Notes: generated by a model not told the origin, from the sequence alone. Shown: positions 48,311-58,528, counted from the stretch's first letter. The stretch is 64,000 nucleotides of DNA from Blastocladiella emersonii ATCC 22665 (GCA_025594325.1 JANHCV010000013.1:248001-312000), one strand, 5' to 3'. Numbers and translations: made by a program.

Positions 48311-50086
48311 ACCTCTATGATATATTCCGCTTCCGCGTGTTGAACCTCTACGCTGTGATCGGAGGAGCGAGGAGCGTCTTCATGGCCATGGCCATGACCA
48401 TGGCCGTCAGCGACTCTGAATCGTGTTGATCTCAAACCACGGAGATGAGCTCGGTTTAGTCCAGCCCACACTCGCGTGCATATTGATCCACGGGACCACG
48501 ATGTTGGACGCGTTTGGTTGCTCGCCGCGACCTGCGCGGCCGCCGATCCGCGGCGACTTTTCCTCCTTTTGCCGCCGCCTTCACTGCATGAGTTCGCTAC
48601 GTCGAGGCGCGCGCGACATCGAACCTGACGCGAAGATCATCCCGCCTAGGGCCCAGATTATATCTCGGCGCGTCTCGAGCTGAGTCGCCAGCGCATGCGT
48701 CTCAAACTCTGCCTGCGTCTCGTGCGGCCGCTGACCCATCAAGTTCCGAGCTGAGCAACATGTTGAAGCTATTCATTCAACCCGCTATGAGATCGCCGTC
48801 CCACTTTGACCACCACCGCCATTGCTCCCGCGCCCCGCATAAACGTGAGGAGCGACGCGAGTTCGACCTGGGTGCGGAGTTTGCGGAAAGGTAAGCGTTG
48901 ATCGCGATGTAGATTGCGCGGAACTAGAACTAGTGTGCGTGCGTGAGAAGCACGGCGCGGGCGATGGACTACCTTGGCCGTGGTCGCCGCCGCCTCGTCA
49001 GCGTCGAGCGGGTGCGTGTAGTAGGCAAGTTGGCGGTCCAGCGCGTTGGGCGAGTAGACACGAGCCCCACGCGGCCGGTGAACCGCGGGAACTGCGCGCA
49101 CAGCGCGTCATCGCACACGAGCCATTGCTGCGCGTACCAGGCGGCATGCGCGTGGAGCGCTCTGACGATAGGCGGCGCGTGGACGACTAGCAGGGAGTTA
49201 CGGCGCCGGGCGTCATGGCCGCGTCCGGGTAGGTCCCATCGGCGGCGCGCAGCGAGTCAGTGGCGAGGGACGGGTCCGCCGACGCGATACACGCCGGGCT
49301 CTTGCGCCTCATGTACAGCTCCTCAACGGCGGCGAACCGTTCCTCGCCGAGAGCATGGCGTTGAGCAGCTGCACGTTGTTGGTCGCGTCGCCGCTCCCCG
49401 CGCCGTCGATCGCACCGACATGCGTACAAAATGGCGCGCGTCGAGATTGAGGCAGTGCGCGAGCTGTCGGTGCCCCTGATCATGGTACACAGGCGGATCA
49501 CGGGAGGGAGAACCACTGACTGTAGTACCGCTTGACGTCGAAGGCGGGCGACGGGTTGCGCGGGGTGGCGGACGCGCTAGGCGATTGACGACGACGCGGC
49601 GGCGCTCGAACATGTTGAAGGTGGAGTGGCGGGAGGATTGACGGCCACTCGCCCGTGGTCTCGGCCGTCGCGAGCACGAACGTAACGCCGCAGTCCTCGG
49701 CAGCACCTCTTTCGCCTCGCATGGCGTGAAGTGGCCGTCGGTGCTCGTCGCGACGTTTCCCCTCGCTTCGCTCAGTGTGAAGAAGGCGTCGTGGCGAGTT
49801 TCAGCAAGATTTATTGGGCCGAAGAGATGCCACTGCTGCATGTTACTATGGTGGAAGCATCTTAGACGATTACATGGGACGGGGAGCGAGCAACGGGCAG
49901 AAAAGGCGTGGTTTATTAATGTGTTAGGCGGTCAGGTGACCGGTCGCGAGGGACGACGACGGGTCTAGGTCACGTGGACCAGGTTTTTTCGGGGAGCCCA
50001 GTGGGGTTGAGCCCAGCATATATCGGAAGACACTTTGGCTTTAAATTGGCGCGGAACAAAAAAAGGAACGTCTCCTTGCACTTACC

Positions 50087-50110
50087 GTCGTATCCCTTAA
50101 GGGATACGAC
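50087..50110. repeat. Perfect 24-bp palindrome GTCGTATCCCTTAAGGGATACGAC
   Basis: Read directly. A related imperfect palindrome GTCGCATTCCCTTAGGGAACACGAC lies at 50241-50265. Confidence 0.95.
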
Positions 50111-50635
50111 ATGGGCTGACCCACTACCACTCGGGCTGACCAATTGCTTACCCCAATCAGTTGGCGGGCAGTCACTTGGGCTAACCACGTGAGACCCAGT
50201 TGCTTACCCCGGGTGGTTAATAATATGTCGTATGCCATATGTCGCATTCCCTTAGGGAACACGACACGCGGGCGGAGGCTGAAGGCCGGAGGGAGAGGGG
50301 TGGCGGGCGGATCACGTGGATCACGTGCAGATGAACGGCGCGTGGACCCGATCTGCGAGTCGATCTGCGAGTCGATCTGCGGGCAAGTCCCCGAGCCCGT
50401 CCCTGACCAACCGCTCGGGCTGACCATTGCTTACCCCGGGTGGTCGGCGGCGGCCGGCGAGCGCAGCGAGACAAAGAGCAGCGCAGCTGTGGCTACCCAC
50501 TGACTGGTCTCCCTGGTCTGGTCCCTGAGCACAGCCACGAGTCAAGCTGTGAGCAGTCTACCGCGAGTAGCTCAGCGTACTGTTAGCGAGTACATCAGCG
50601 AGTAGATCAGCAAGCGGGCTCAGCAAGAAGGCTCA

Positions 50636-51685
50636 GCGGTCAGTGCGGCGAGTGGACACGGTGATCCATCCACGCGCGGCGACCTGTGACAGGTTGCTGA
50701 ACCTGTCACAGACCTGTACATCCAATTGGCCGCGGCGATAGGGTATGTGACAGGTTACAGGTGTGACAGGTTGTTCATGGGCACGGTCATTATTCAAAGA
50801 AAAGTAGGGGTTATGCACAGATCGTGCACTTCTCCTCCTTTTTTTCTTCTAAGCTTTTCAATAACCTGTCACCTTGTCACACCTGTCACACTTGTCTTTA
50901 TTTGCTCGGGGTGGCCAATAGGTCTGTGACAGGTCTGTGACAAGTTGTTACAGGTTGGGCTAAGCCATTGATCCCTGAGCGACTGAGTGACCAAAGACAA
51001 CAATGTATTGACTGTGTACAACCATGGTGCTTACTCGTTGTCCAGCGCCATGGAACCGGGGCCATGGTAGGTGTACGTGCGGACTTGGCGGCTGTTGACA
51101 CGCTGGACAGTCTCAGTCTGGTCTTAGAGCTCGTCGTTGTCCAGCTCGAGGACAAAGGTTGGGGACTGCTGCGGGGTGGTTGTCCAGGTGTCTGTCCATG
51201 GACAGGTCAGTGGTCAGCGCGGCGGGTGGACATGGTGATCCATCCACGCGCAGCGACCTGTGACAGGTTCAGCAACCTGTCACAGACCTGTTCATCCAAT
51301 TGGCCGCGGCAATAGGGTATGTGACAGGTTACAGGTGTGACAGGTTGTTCATGGGCACGGTCATTATTCAAAGAAAAGTAGGGGTTATGCACAGATCGTG
51401 CACTTCTCCTCCTTTTTTTCTTCTAAGCTTTTCAATAACCTGTCACCTTGTCACACCTGTCACACTTGTCTTTATTTGCTCGGGGTGGCCAATAGGTCTG
51501 TGACAGGTCTGTGACAGGTTGTTACAGGTTGGGCTAAGCCATTTGATCCCTGAGCGACTGAGTGACCAAAGACAACAATGTATTGACTGTGTACAACCAT
51601 GGTGCTTACTTGTCGTCCAGCGCCATGGAACCGGGGCCATGGTAGGTGTACGTGCGGACTTGGCGGCCGTTGACGCGCTGGACAG
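50636..51685 (+). repeat. Two ~475-bp direct repeats (50636-51110 and 51210-51685), 574-bp offset, non-coding
   Basis: Near-identical sequence with a constant offset (paired ORFs at 50633/51207, 50726/51300). About 9 TGT(G/C)AC motifs per copy. Confidence 0.95.
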
Positions 51686-52115
51686 ACTTGGAGAACAGCT
51701 TGCCAGTGAGCTGCGTGGCTGGTGAACTGACCAACTGTGTGGCTGGTGAACTGACCAACGCGTGGCTGGGGAATTAGCGCTATCCCTTGCCATATAAGAA
51801 CCCCCCACCGCCCCCCTCCCCAGACCTGCTCTCCACCACCCACAACAGAAGCCATGACACAGATTCACTGCCTCAAGCCCCTGCTGAGCGCGTATAAGCC
51901 ATCTTGCTGCAATGAGCCCAACGCACTCACAGGACTTTTGGTATGGGTGTCATGGCCAACGTTGTGGGTGATCAAAGTGTACGGCACAAGACGTACAGGG
52001 CTATCTGCTGTGCACGGCAATAGACTCGGTTGCTTGTGTCAGGACATGGAGCGCTGCGCGGACTTGCTACCTGTGCAGTTGCACCATGGACCTTTCTTCC
52101 TTTATCCTGTTGGCG

Positions 52116-52396
52116 CTGTGTGGTCAATGAGCTTTGGTCTGTGCTGGTGTCCTGGTGTGGTTGATGAGCTTTGGTCTGTGTTGGTGTCCTGGTGTCCTGG
52201 TGTCCTGGTGTCCTGGTGTCCTGGTGTGCCGGTGTACTGTGTGGTCGATGAGCTTTGGTCTGTGCTGGTGTACTGTGTGGTCGATGAGCTTTGGTCTGTG
52301 CCAGTGTACTGTGTGGTTGATGAGCTTTGGTCTGTGCCGGTGTACTGTGTGGTTGATGAGCTTTGGTCTGTGCTGGTGTACTGTGTGGTTGATGAG
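52116..52396 (+). repeat. Minisatellite of ~36-bp units (TACTGTGTGGTYGATGAGCTTTGGTCTGTGCYGGTG), ~7 copies, with an internal (GGTGTCCT)n run
   Basis: Read directly. Confidence 0.9.
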
Positions 52397-53064
52397 TACT
52401 TGGCGATGATGCCCTGCTCCACACTGGAACTTTGATTAGTGGTTGGCCACCATGAAAGGAGACTCCAGTGTGGGGCAGTCTGGGGGCTGCCTAGCCAGCA
52501 GCTCCTGGACGGGGGCGGAGCACCCATTGCTACGTTATGTCATTGCAGGGGCTGTGGTCACGTGACCAGTTGCCATGGACTGTTTGGTGGTGATGATGGA
52601 AGCGCGTTCAACGCACAAGTCTTTGACTTCTTCTCTGAACCTTCAGTAACCCATGCGCGGCTGCATCCTTGACATCACTCCCCTGCCTCAGCCGCCGTGC
52701 AACCACTTGGAGCCACCTTGGTGGGTCTATGACAACTGGCTCCTGCTGGCCACGGTAGTTTACCCATGCTGTTGTCACATGTACACGTACCGCCGTAACG
52801 ACTACTAAGTCTTTGGTCTTCAGTCTTCAAGGTAGCATTCACTGTTAACTTGAAGGGGCGCTTACTCAAAGCGCACGGCGTACACGACTTTGACACCGGG
52901 TGGACTTGCGTCTCAGATGGCCGTGTACTGGCTCAGGGACTTTGGCCCTGGTGTGGTTGGAGAAGGTGTACGGGGTGGTGACAAAGTGCAGCCAGTAGCC
53001 TGGTTCATGGTGTTGTCTCTTACTACGTTGTCGGGAAAATAAACACATTGCGCTGACGCGTTGC

Positions 53065-53175
53065 TTAGTCTACGGCGCGAATATCTTTGAGCGCGCTGGA
53101 GGTGTACCCAATGATGGCAAGGTTGGCCACAAGGCTGACCACGTTGGCTGCAAGGACAAGTGTCTCAAGGATCAT
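53065..53175 (-). CDS. 36-aa hydrophobic peptide, putative virion membrane protein
   Basis: MILETLVLAANVVSLVANLAIIGYTSSALKDIRAVD, preceded by the shared TTTTTT...GTAAA-ATG motif. Confidence 0.55.
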   Translation of the reverse strand: MILETLVLAANVVSLVANLAIIGYTSSALKDIRAVD

Positions 53176-53205
53176 TTTACATGTACACAGCAAAAAAGTC
53201 GCAGC

Positions 53206-53952
53206 TCAGATGAACGCGAGCTCGATGTAGAAGGGTTGCCCCAGGAAGTCAACAGAGCGCAGGTTCTCGTCCACCACGTCAACGTCAATGGAGTCTATCA
53301 GCTGCAGTGTGCCTCGCGCGTCAAAGCGAAAGTAGTCGCTCATGTGTGGCCCGTGCTCGAACCAGCTCCCAAACGGCTGTGTGACATGGATACTGCACAG
53401 CACACCATTATCCTGCGGGTACGCCGAGAACATGTTGTCTGCAAGGCGGCTGCCCAGGTTGCACGAGTACACATGCAGCAGGTTGATGGGAGAGATGTTC
53501 ACCAGAGACGTCCCGTACTGGACCTTGCTGTAGCTGTAGCTGCCGACAAAGCCCATGTGCGTGTTCAGCGCAGCGGCCCCTGTCCCAACAGTGAAGTTGC
53601 AGGTGTCATTGGCAATGCGCATCTTCTGTGTGGTGGAGTCAACCTGCACGTCCCATGTGCCCTGCCACAGAAGACTTGACGGCGCGTTGTTGAGCAGGCT
53701 CTTGAGCGTTGACATGAACGTCTCAACTGTGTAGTTGCCGTCAGGGACAGTGATGGTCCCTGGGAAGGTCACACTGCCACGGCTCTGTGTCAGGTACACC
53801 TTGTTGGCCTTGGAGTTGACTGTGTGCCAGCTGTTACAGAGGTACGCTGAGTTGACCTTGACGCCGCTCACAGACACAGCCCGCGGGAGGTACAGCACAC
53901 CGTTCTTGAGGTCGCGGCTGCAGATGGTCAGTGTCTTGTAGGAGCCAGTCAT
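53206..53952 (-). CDS. Minor capsid protein (penton, single jelly-roll)
   Basis: LTICSRD...NSWHTVN...ITVPDGNYT...LKSLLN...DSTTQKMRI matches the PLV/virophage mCP pattern. Located downstream of the MCP. Confidence 0.75.
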   Translation of the reverse strand: MTGSYKTLTICSRDLKNGVLYLPRAVSVSGVKVNSAYLCNSWHTVNSKANKVYLTQSRGSVTFPGTITVPDGNYTVETFMSTLKSLLNNAPSSLLWQGTWDVQVDSTTQKMRIANDTCNFTVGTGAAALNTHMGFVGSYSYSKVQYGTSLVNISPINLLHVYSCNLGSRLADNMFSAYPQDNGVLCSIHVTQPFGSWFEHGPHMSDYFRFDARGTLQLIDSIDVDVVDENLRSVDFLGQPFYIELAFI

Positions 53953-53973
53953 TTAAGTAAGGCTTAGAAGATA

Positions 53974-54240
53974 TTATTGCACTGCCGTGCCTGTGTCATT
54001 GTCGTCTGTCTCAAAGATCTCACTTGTTGGCCGGTTGTACCATGTGTGGATGTCCTGGGCCAGGTCAGTGCCCTTGGACACGAGCTGTGCCACAGACGAC
54101 ACGGCAGGGTTGTGTGAGCGCTCAAAGAACTTGGACACGGTCTTGACTCCCTTGAGCATGGTGGGGAGATGCTTGTTCACAAAGCCACCTACTTGGCCAA
54201 GCACGTTGCTGAAGTTGGTCCACAGGTTCCTGAAGATCAT
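53974..54240 (-). CDS. 88-aa protein with an N-terminal amphipathic helix, adenovirus protein-VI-like
   Basis: MIFRNLWTNFSNVLGQVGGFVNKHL, located between MCP and mCP, with the shared upstream motif. Confidence 0.5.
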   Translation of the reverse strand: MIFRNLWTNFSNVLGQVGGFVNKHLPTMLKGVKTVSKFFERSHNPAVSSVAQLVSKGTDLAQDIHTWYNRPTSEIFETDDNDTGTAVQ

Positions 54241-54279
54241 TGCGTTTAACTGTACGCAAGAAAAGAATGCACGTGGGGC

Positions 54280-55500
54280 TTACTTGTAGAGGTTGACCTC
54301 GCCGGTTGGGAGAAACTCGTACACAATGTCAACACCAACAAAGGCGTCAACACGCTGGTTTGGGACAGTGCTTGAGGTGAGGATGATCTGCATGTCCACG
54401 GCCTGGCTCTTGCAAGACTTGTCGCCGCTGACAATGGTACGGGATGACTCGAGGTTGCGGCCAATGCAGAAGGTCCCCTCAGCTGGCGCATTGTACTTGT
54501 CCACTGACATGCCTGCACCAATGACATGGCCATGGAAGGCGTTGGACAGCTCTACAAAGGCCTCTGAAGCGTAGTTGTCACAGCGGACAGGCTTCTGGGG
54601 GAAGAGACAGCCACTTATGCTGAACTGGTACGTTGCAATGGTCTTGGCACGGAGGAACGAGTCCTTGGCATTGTCATTGAGCACTGCGTTGTCGCGGAAC
54701 GACACCAGCACGTCCTTTTGTGACGCACTGCGGTCAGAGACGTTGAGCGTAGAGTTGGGCACCGAGTAGTTGAGGAAGTGGTGGTTGTACGTTGTGCCGT
54801 AGAGCTTGAGACCCTGCTTCTTGAAGGCAGCGTCCATGACGGCGATCTGCTGGTCATTGAGCTTGATCAGGTCAGACACAATGCACACGTCCTTGACACT
54901 GTAGCTTGGGATGGCATTGTTCTTGACCACACAGGCATCTGCACCAGGAGCCAGGGTGAACTCGACGCAGATACCACCAAGGTACTTCATGGGCAGATGC
55001 TTCTGGTTGGACAGCAGTGCAGACTTGATGGGCAGCATGTACCGGTGAAGTCCAGATGACACAGCAAAGCGGTCAGCCCCAGTGGCAAAGTAACCCTGGG
55101 CCACGCCGAGGCATGAGTCCTTGAGGTGCTGCGGGACAGTCACGTCAGCCTCAATGCGCTGACGCAGGTTGTAGTAGGGAAGCTCTTCAAGCAGGGCTCC
55201 ACCCGCGCTGTAGACTCGCACACGGTCAATGATGCTGAAGATGCTATCACAGAAGGCGACGTTGGCGTCTGCAGTCTTGGCACTGAACTGCAGGAACGTG
55301 CAGTGGGTGTCCATCATGTCATTGCGCGGGGGCAGGAGGACACTGATAGTGTTGCCAGGTGCAAACTCAGGGCCGCCCTGTGCAGTGAACTGGACAGTCT
55401 GACGCTCGGCATACACAGACTCCTTGGGCAGGTTAAACGTCATCTCTGGCGGCAGAGTCTTTGACAGGACCTGGGAGAACTGGGCATTGGTGGAAGACAT
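54280..55500 (-). CDS. Major capsid protein (PLV-type double jelly-roll), 406 aa
   Basis: EFAPGNTISVLLP..DMMDTHCTFLQF...SIFSIIDRVRVYSAGGALLEELPYYNL and YQFSISGCLFPQKPV match the PLV MCP pattern. ATG at 55500. Confidence 0.85.
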   Translation of the reverse strand: MSSTNAQFSQVLSKTLPPEMTFNLPKESVYAERQTVQFTAQGGPEFAPGNTISVLLPPRNDMMDTHCTFLQFSAKTADANVAFCDSIFSIIDRVRVYSAGGALLEELPYYNLRQRIEADVTVPQHLKDSCLGVAQGYFATGADRFAVSSGLHRYMLPIKSALLSNQKHLPMKYLGGICVEFTLAPGADACVVKNNAIPSYSVKDVCIVSDLIKLNDQQIAVMDAAFKKQGLKLYGTTYNHHFLNYSVPNSTLNVSDRSASQKDVLVSFRDNAVLNDNAKDSFLRAKTIATYQFSISGCLFPQKPVRCDNYASEAFVELSNAFHGHVIGAGMSVDKYNAPAEGTFCIGRNLESSRTIVSGDKSCKSQAVDMQIILTSSTVPNQRVDAFVGVDIVYEFLPTGEVNLYK

Positions 55501-55543
55501 GGCGTGTGTTACTGAAGCACAAGAAAAAAAGTCGCTGCGTCGC

Positions 55544-56344
55544 TTAGTCCTTGATGATCCACTCACTGAAGCTGTCTACCAGCCTGTACTTGGGACTGTT
55601 CTGGTTGTTGACACCAAGGAAGCGTTGCTTGGTGTTGCCCTCTGAGCGGGTGTCAAAGAGCTGCTCAATGATCACCTCAAACTCCTTGAGCGAGAACTGC
55701 GACCCGATCTCCTTGTGCAGTGTCTTGACCTCTGTCTTGTCATAGATGGGGTACACAACGCTGTAGCTGCAGTTGATGCGCAGTGTCTTGGGCAGAGCAC
55801 ACCAGCGCTGCACGCCAATGATGCAGCTGATCTTGAGGTGTCGCGAGTTGCACAGGAAGTTGGTCAGCGTCTTGTGGGACAGCAGCTTGAGGCCCAGCAC
55901 GTCGTCAATGATCAGCAGCTGGTCCTGCAGTGCCTTCTTTCCCTGGTCTTCAAAGGTCTTGGTCAGGTCTTTGCGCATCTTGAGCAGCGTGGGGATGAAC
56001 AGCTCTGGGTCCGTGACAATGCACAATGGCTTCACCTTGAGCTGGTTTGGGTTGTGCTCCTGTGGATCAAGTACATTGTGCTGCTTCTTGGGTGGTCGCA
56101 GGATCGCCTGTGAGGCAATGTACTCGTACTTGTCATCAGCGTGGAAGGTGGGGTTGAAGACCCAGATGTTGTCAAAGCGTCCCTTGTAGAACTGCGGGAA
56201 GCACACAAGGTTGGCAATCAGTGTTGACTTGCCCTGACCCTTGGCGCCAATGACGTTCATGGTGAAGGGGTGCTTGGGGATGGGCGAAGGCTGGTTGTTG
56301 TTGTTCCTGGTGAAGCCATTGTCAATGGCCACAATGTTGTACAT
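55544..56344 (-). CDS. A32/FtsK-like genome-packaging ATPase
   Basis: Walker A GAKGQGKS, Walker B LLIIDD, SRHLKISCIIGVQ (Arg finger/Gln), LRINCS. Confidence 0.92.
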   Translation of the reverse strand: MYNIVAIDNGFTRNNNNQPSPIPKHPFTMNVIGAKGQGKSTLIANLVCFPQFYKGRFDNIWVFNPTFHADDKYEYIASQAILRPPKKQHNVLDPQEHNPNQLKVKPLCIVTDPELFIPTLLKMRKDLTKTFEDQGKKALQDQLLIIDDVLGLKLLSHKTLTNFLCNSRHLKISCIIGVQRWCALPKTLRINCSYSVVYPIYDKTEVKTLHKEIGSQFSLKEFEVIIEQLFDTRSEGNTKQRFLGVNNQNSPKYRLVDSFSEWIIKD

Positions 56345-56369
56345 CTTACTGTACCCCAAGACAAAAGGT

Positions 56370-58088
56370 TCACGCCCATCCAAGGTCAGTGACAATGCCA
56401 CTGCGCTTGGGGACTTCGCGCACTTGCTTGACTGGTCGCTCAGGGAGCTTCTGGTGACGCTTGATCTGGGGTGCTGTCAGGCCACTGCCAGCCGACGTCT
56501 TCTCTGTGAACAGCTTCGCGTCCAGGGGCTTCTTGTAGCCCAGTTGCTTGAGGATCTGTTCGAGTAACATCTCTGTCTTCTTACTACTACCCTCGGAATT
56601 GTTCTTGGGCGCGTCTGCAAGCTGTCGGATGAGCTGCTCCAGGTTGCTGGTGTCCAGGACCTGTGGCTGTGCTGGCGGCTGCATTGTGTCCAGCTTGCTG
56701 CCCAGGTCCTGGAGTGTCTTGTTCACAGCAGCATTGGACTCTGTCTGTCCCTGGATGGCGCTCTGGACACCTGTTGCAAGCTGGCCAATGAGTCCCTGCT
56801 GGTTGGTCAGGGCAGTTGACATGCCGCTTGCAATCTCAGACACCAGTGCACGGTTCCCTGCGTCAATCTGTCGCACAAAGGCGTTGCGCTCTGCACGCAG
56901 TGTGTCCACAATGTTAGCTGCAAGGTTGGCAAAGGTCTCAAGTGCCAGTCCTTGGGCGTTCTTGGACTGCTCAATCAGGGCCATGTACGCCTGGTACTGC
57001 ATGACCTGACTGTTCGCAAACTGGCCAGCAATGACGTCCAGCGCAGCCATCACGCTGGGGTCGCTGTTGTACTGCACCATGATCTGTGTACGCAGGTCAT
57101 TGTTCTGCTGGTAGCAGTTCTGCTCGTACTGTGTGATGTACTGCTGCATGTCGTAGTTCTGCGTGTTGTCCTGCTGGAAGCTGCTGTAGACGTATTGACT
57201 GAACTGCTGAAAGTTCTGGACAATGTCGACCTCCATGTCGTCTGTTGTGGCCAGTGCCCGCTCTGGGTTGTAGACCTGGATGTCCTTGGAGCCTTCAATC
57301 ATCCGAGACTCGTCCATGGTGGGATGTACGTGTGTGTCATTGTACACAGAGCCGCGCTGTGGAAGGTCCTGTCCATAGCTGGGAGGGACAACAACCAGGT
57401 CACGTGTGCTGTCGTCAAGCCGGGGTGGAAGGTCATTGCCGCCGTCGTTGTCATTCTGGATCAAGTAACATCCAGGGATCATGCCAGCGTACTCTGGGAT
57501 GTCCTGGCCAACGTAGTCACCAGCGTCCACAGGGTACTCTTCAGGGACAACTGGGCGGACAGGTACGGGCAAGAGATGGTCAGGCACACGCTGCCCTGCT
57601 GTCTCAAGCATCTCAGCAAGTTTGTCCAAGGTGTCCTGTGGCCTCTGTGAGCCTATGCCAGAGTCTTGTGTGCTTAGGACGTCTGGTGTGTCTGCGCCTG
57701 TGTCAGAGTCTGGCGTGCCTTCCTGTGCAACAGGAACACGTTGGATGCCACTGCTAACGCTTGTGCTTGCTTGCTTGATGGTGTCATAGACGTGCTGCAT
57801 GACGCTCTCTGAGTCTTGCCCCATGATCTCTCCATTGTGTCTCAGGAACAGCATCCCTGATTGCTTGCCCTCAAAGTCGTCTGCATAGCTCTCTGGTGTG
57901 ACAGCGTAGTCAAAGGCAAGGATGTACGGGACCCACACAGTGAGGAACTCCTTGGCTGTGGGGAAAGTGTACGCGCGTTCATCAATGGTGGCCTTGATCC
58001 TCTGGCCAGGCATGCGCTCTGCAGTGATATGACTGTTTGTCTTGGCTGCAACGTCTTCCAGTTGCTTGGTGATGGGTCTTCGTGTCAT
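56370..58088 (-). CDS. 572-aa viral protein of unknown function (acidic/Pro-rich middle, Q/N/Y-rich segment, coiled coil)
   Basis: Intact ORF. ATG at 58088 is preceded by TTTATTTTC...CAGTAACCACC. Confidence 0.75.
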   Translation of the reverse strand: MTRRPITKQLEDVAAKTNSHITAERMPGQRIKATIDERAYTFPTAKEFLTVWVPYILAFDYAVTPESYADDFEGKQSGMLFLRHNGEIMGQDSESVMQHVYDTIKQASTSVSSGIQRVPVAQEGTPDSDTGADTPDVLSTQDSGIGSQRPQDTLDKLAEMLETAGQRVPDHLLPVPVRPVVPEEYPVDAGDYVGQDIPEYAGMIPGCYLIQNDNDGGNDLPPRLDDSTRDLVVVPPSYGQDLPQRGSVYNDTHVHPTMDESRMIEGSKDIQVYNPERALATTDDMEVDIVQNFQQFSQYVYSSFQQDNTQNYDMQQYITQYEQNCYQQNNDLRTQIMVQYNSDPSVMAALDVIAGQFANSQVMQYQAYMALIEQSKNAQGLALETFANLAANIVDTLRAERNAFVRQIDAGNRALVSEIASGMSTALTNQQGLIGQLATGVQSAIQGQTESNAAVNKTLQDLGSKLDTMQPPAQPQVLDTSNLEQLIRQLADAPKNNSEGSSKKTEMLLEQILKQLGYKKPLDAKLFTEKTSAGSGLTAPQIKRHQKLPERPVKQVREVPKRSGIVTDLGWA

Positions 58089-58126
58089 GGTGGTTACTGT
58101 ATGAAGCGAAAATAAACCCTGGGCAA

Positions 58127-58269
58127 GGTACACTTTGCACCTGTCTGTGGTACACTTTGCACCGTCAAGGGTACACTTTGCACCTGTCTGTGGTACACTT
58201 TGTACCGTCAAGGGTACACTTTGCACCTGTCTGTGGTACACTTTGTACCGTCAAGGGTACACTTTGTAC
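58127..58269. repeat. Seven copies of the dyad GGTACA-CTT-TG(C/T)AC(C) in a 43-bp (22+21) periodic array
   Basis: Alternating linkers TGTCTGT and GTCAAG. Located in the divergent region between the 572-aa gene and the fibre gene. Confidence 0.92.
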
Positions 58270-58528
58270 GTTGTGCATTGCGCTTGGCGTTGAGTGCCTT
58301 GTAGATGCGGATCTTGACGCGCTCTGCCCGTGCTGCCTCACTGTCAACGTGGACAAAGCGACTGGCCTTGCGGTCCCTCTTCTGTAGCCACTTGGCCTTG
58401 TCCTTGTCGCTCTTGTTGTACCAGTTGGATGGCACAGGGAACGTCCCTGCAAGGTGTTCACGCCACTCATCAAGGGACATGTCCTGGTACTCTGAGCAAT
58501 TCATTTCTTGCACTAAGTTAAACATGGT
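58270..58528 (-). CDS. Possible small basic viral protein
   Basis: M(F/N)...DMSLDEWREHLAG...KWLQKRDRK...RVKIRIYKALNAK. The frame runs into the repeat array (stop at 58208), and both ends are uncertain. Confidence 0.35.

Noticed and set aside
45626-48343. 905-aa plus-strand ORF, and similar long ORFs opposite NOX, THR1, LtrA, Fanzor and the Rieske gene
   Set aside because: These are antisense or alternate-frame shadows of GC3-rich genes, rich in Arg/Gly/Ala with no motifs.
48560-48690. Weak DWNN/ubiquitin-like similarity (EPDAKIIPPRAQIISRRV)
   Set aside because: Too short and has no continuous frame.
58127-58269. Resemblance to the glucocorticoid response element GGTACAnnnTGTTCT
   Set aside because: Nuclear receptors are metazoan, so the match is coincidental.
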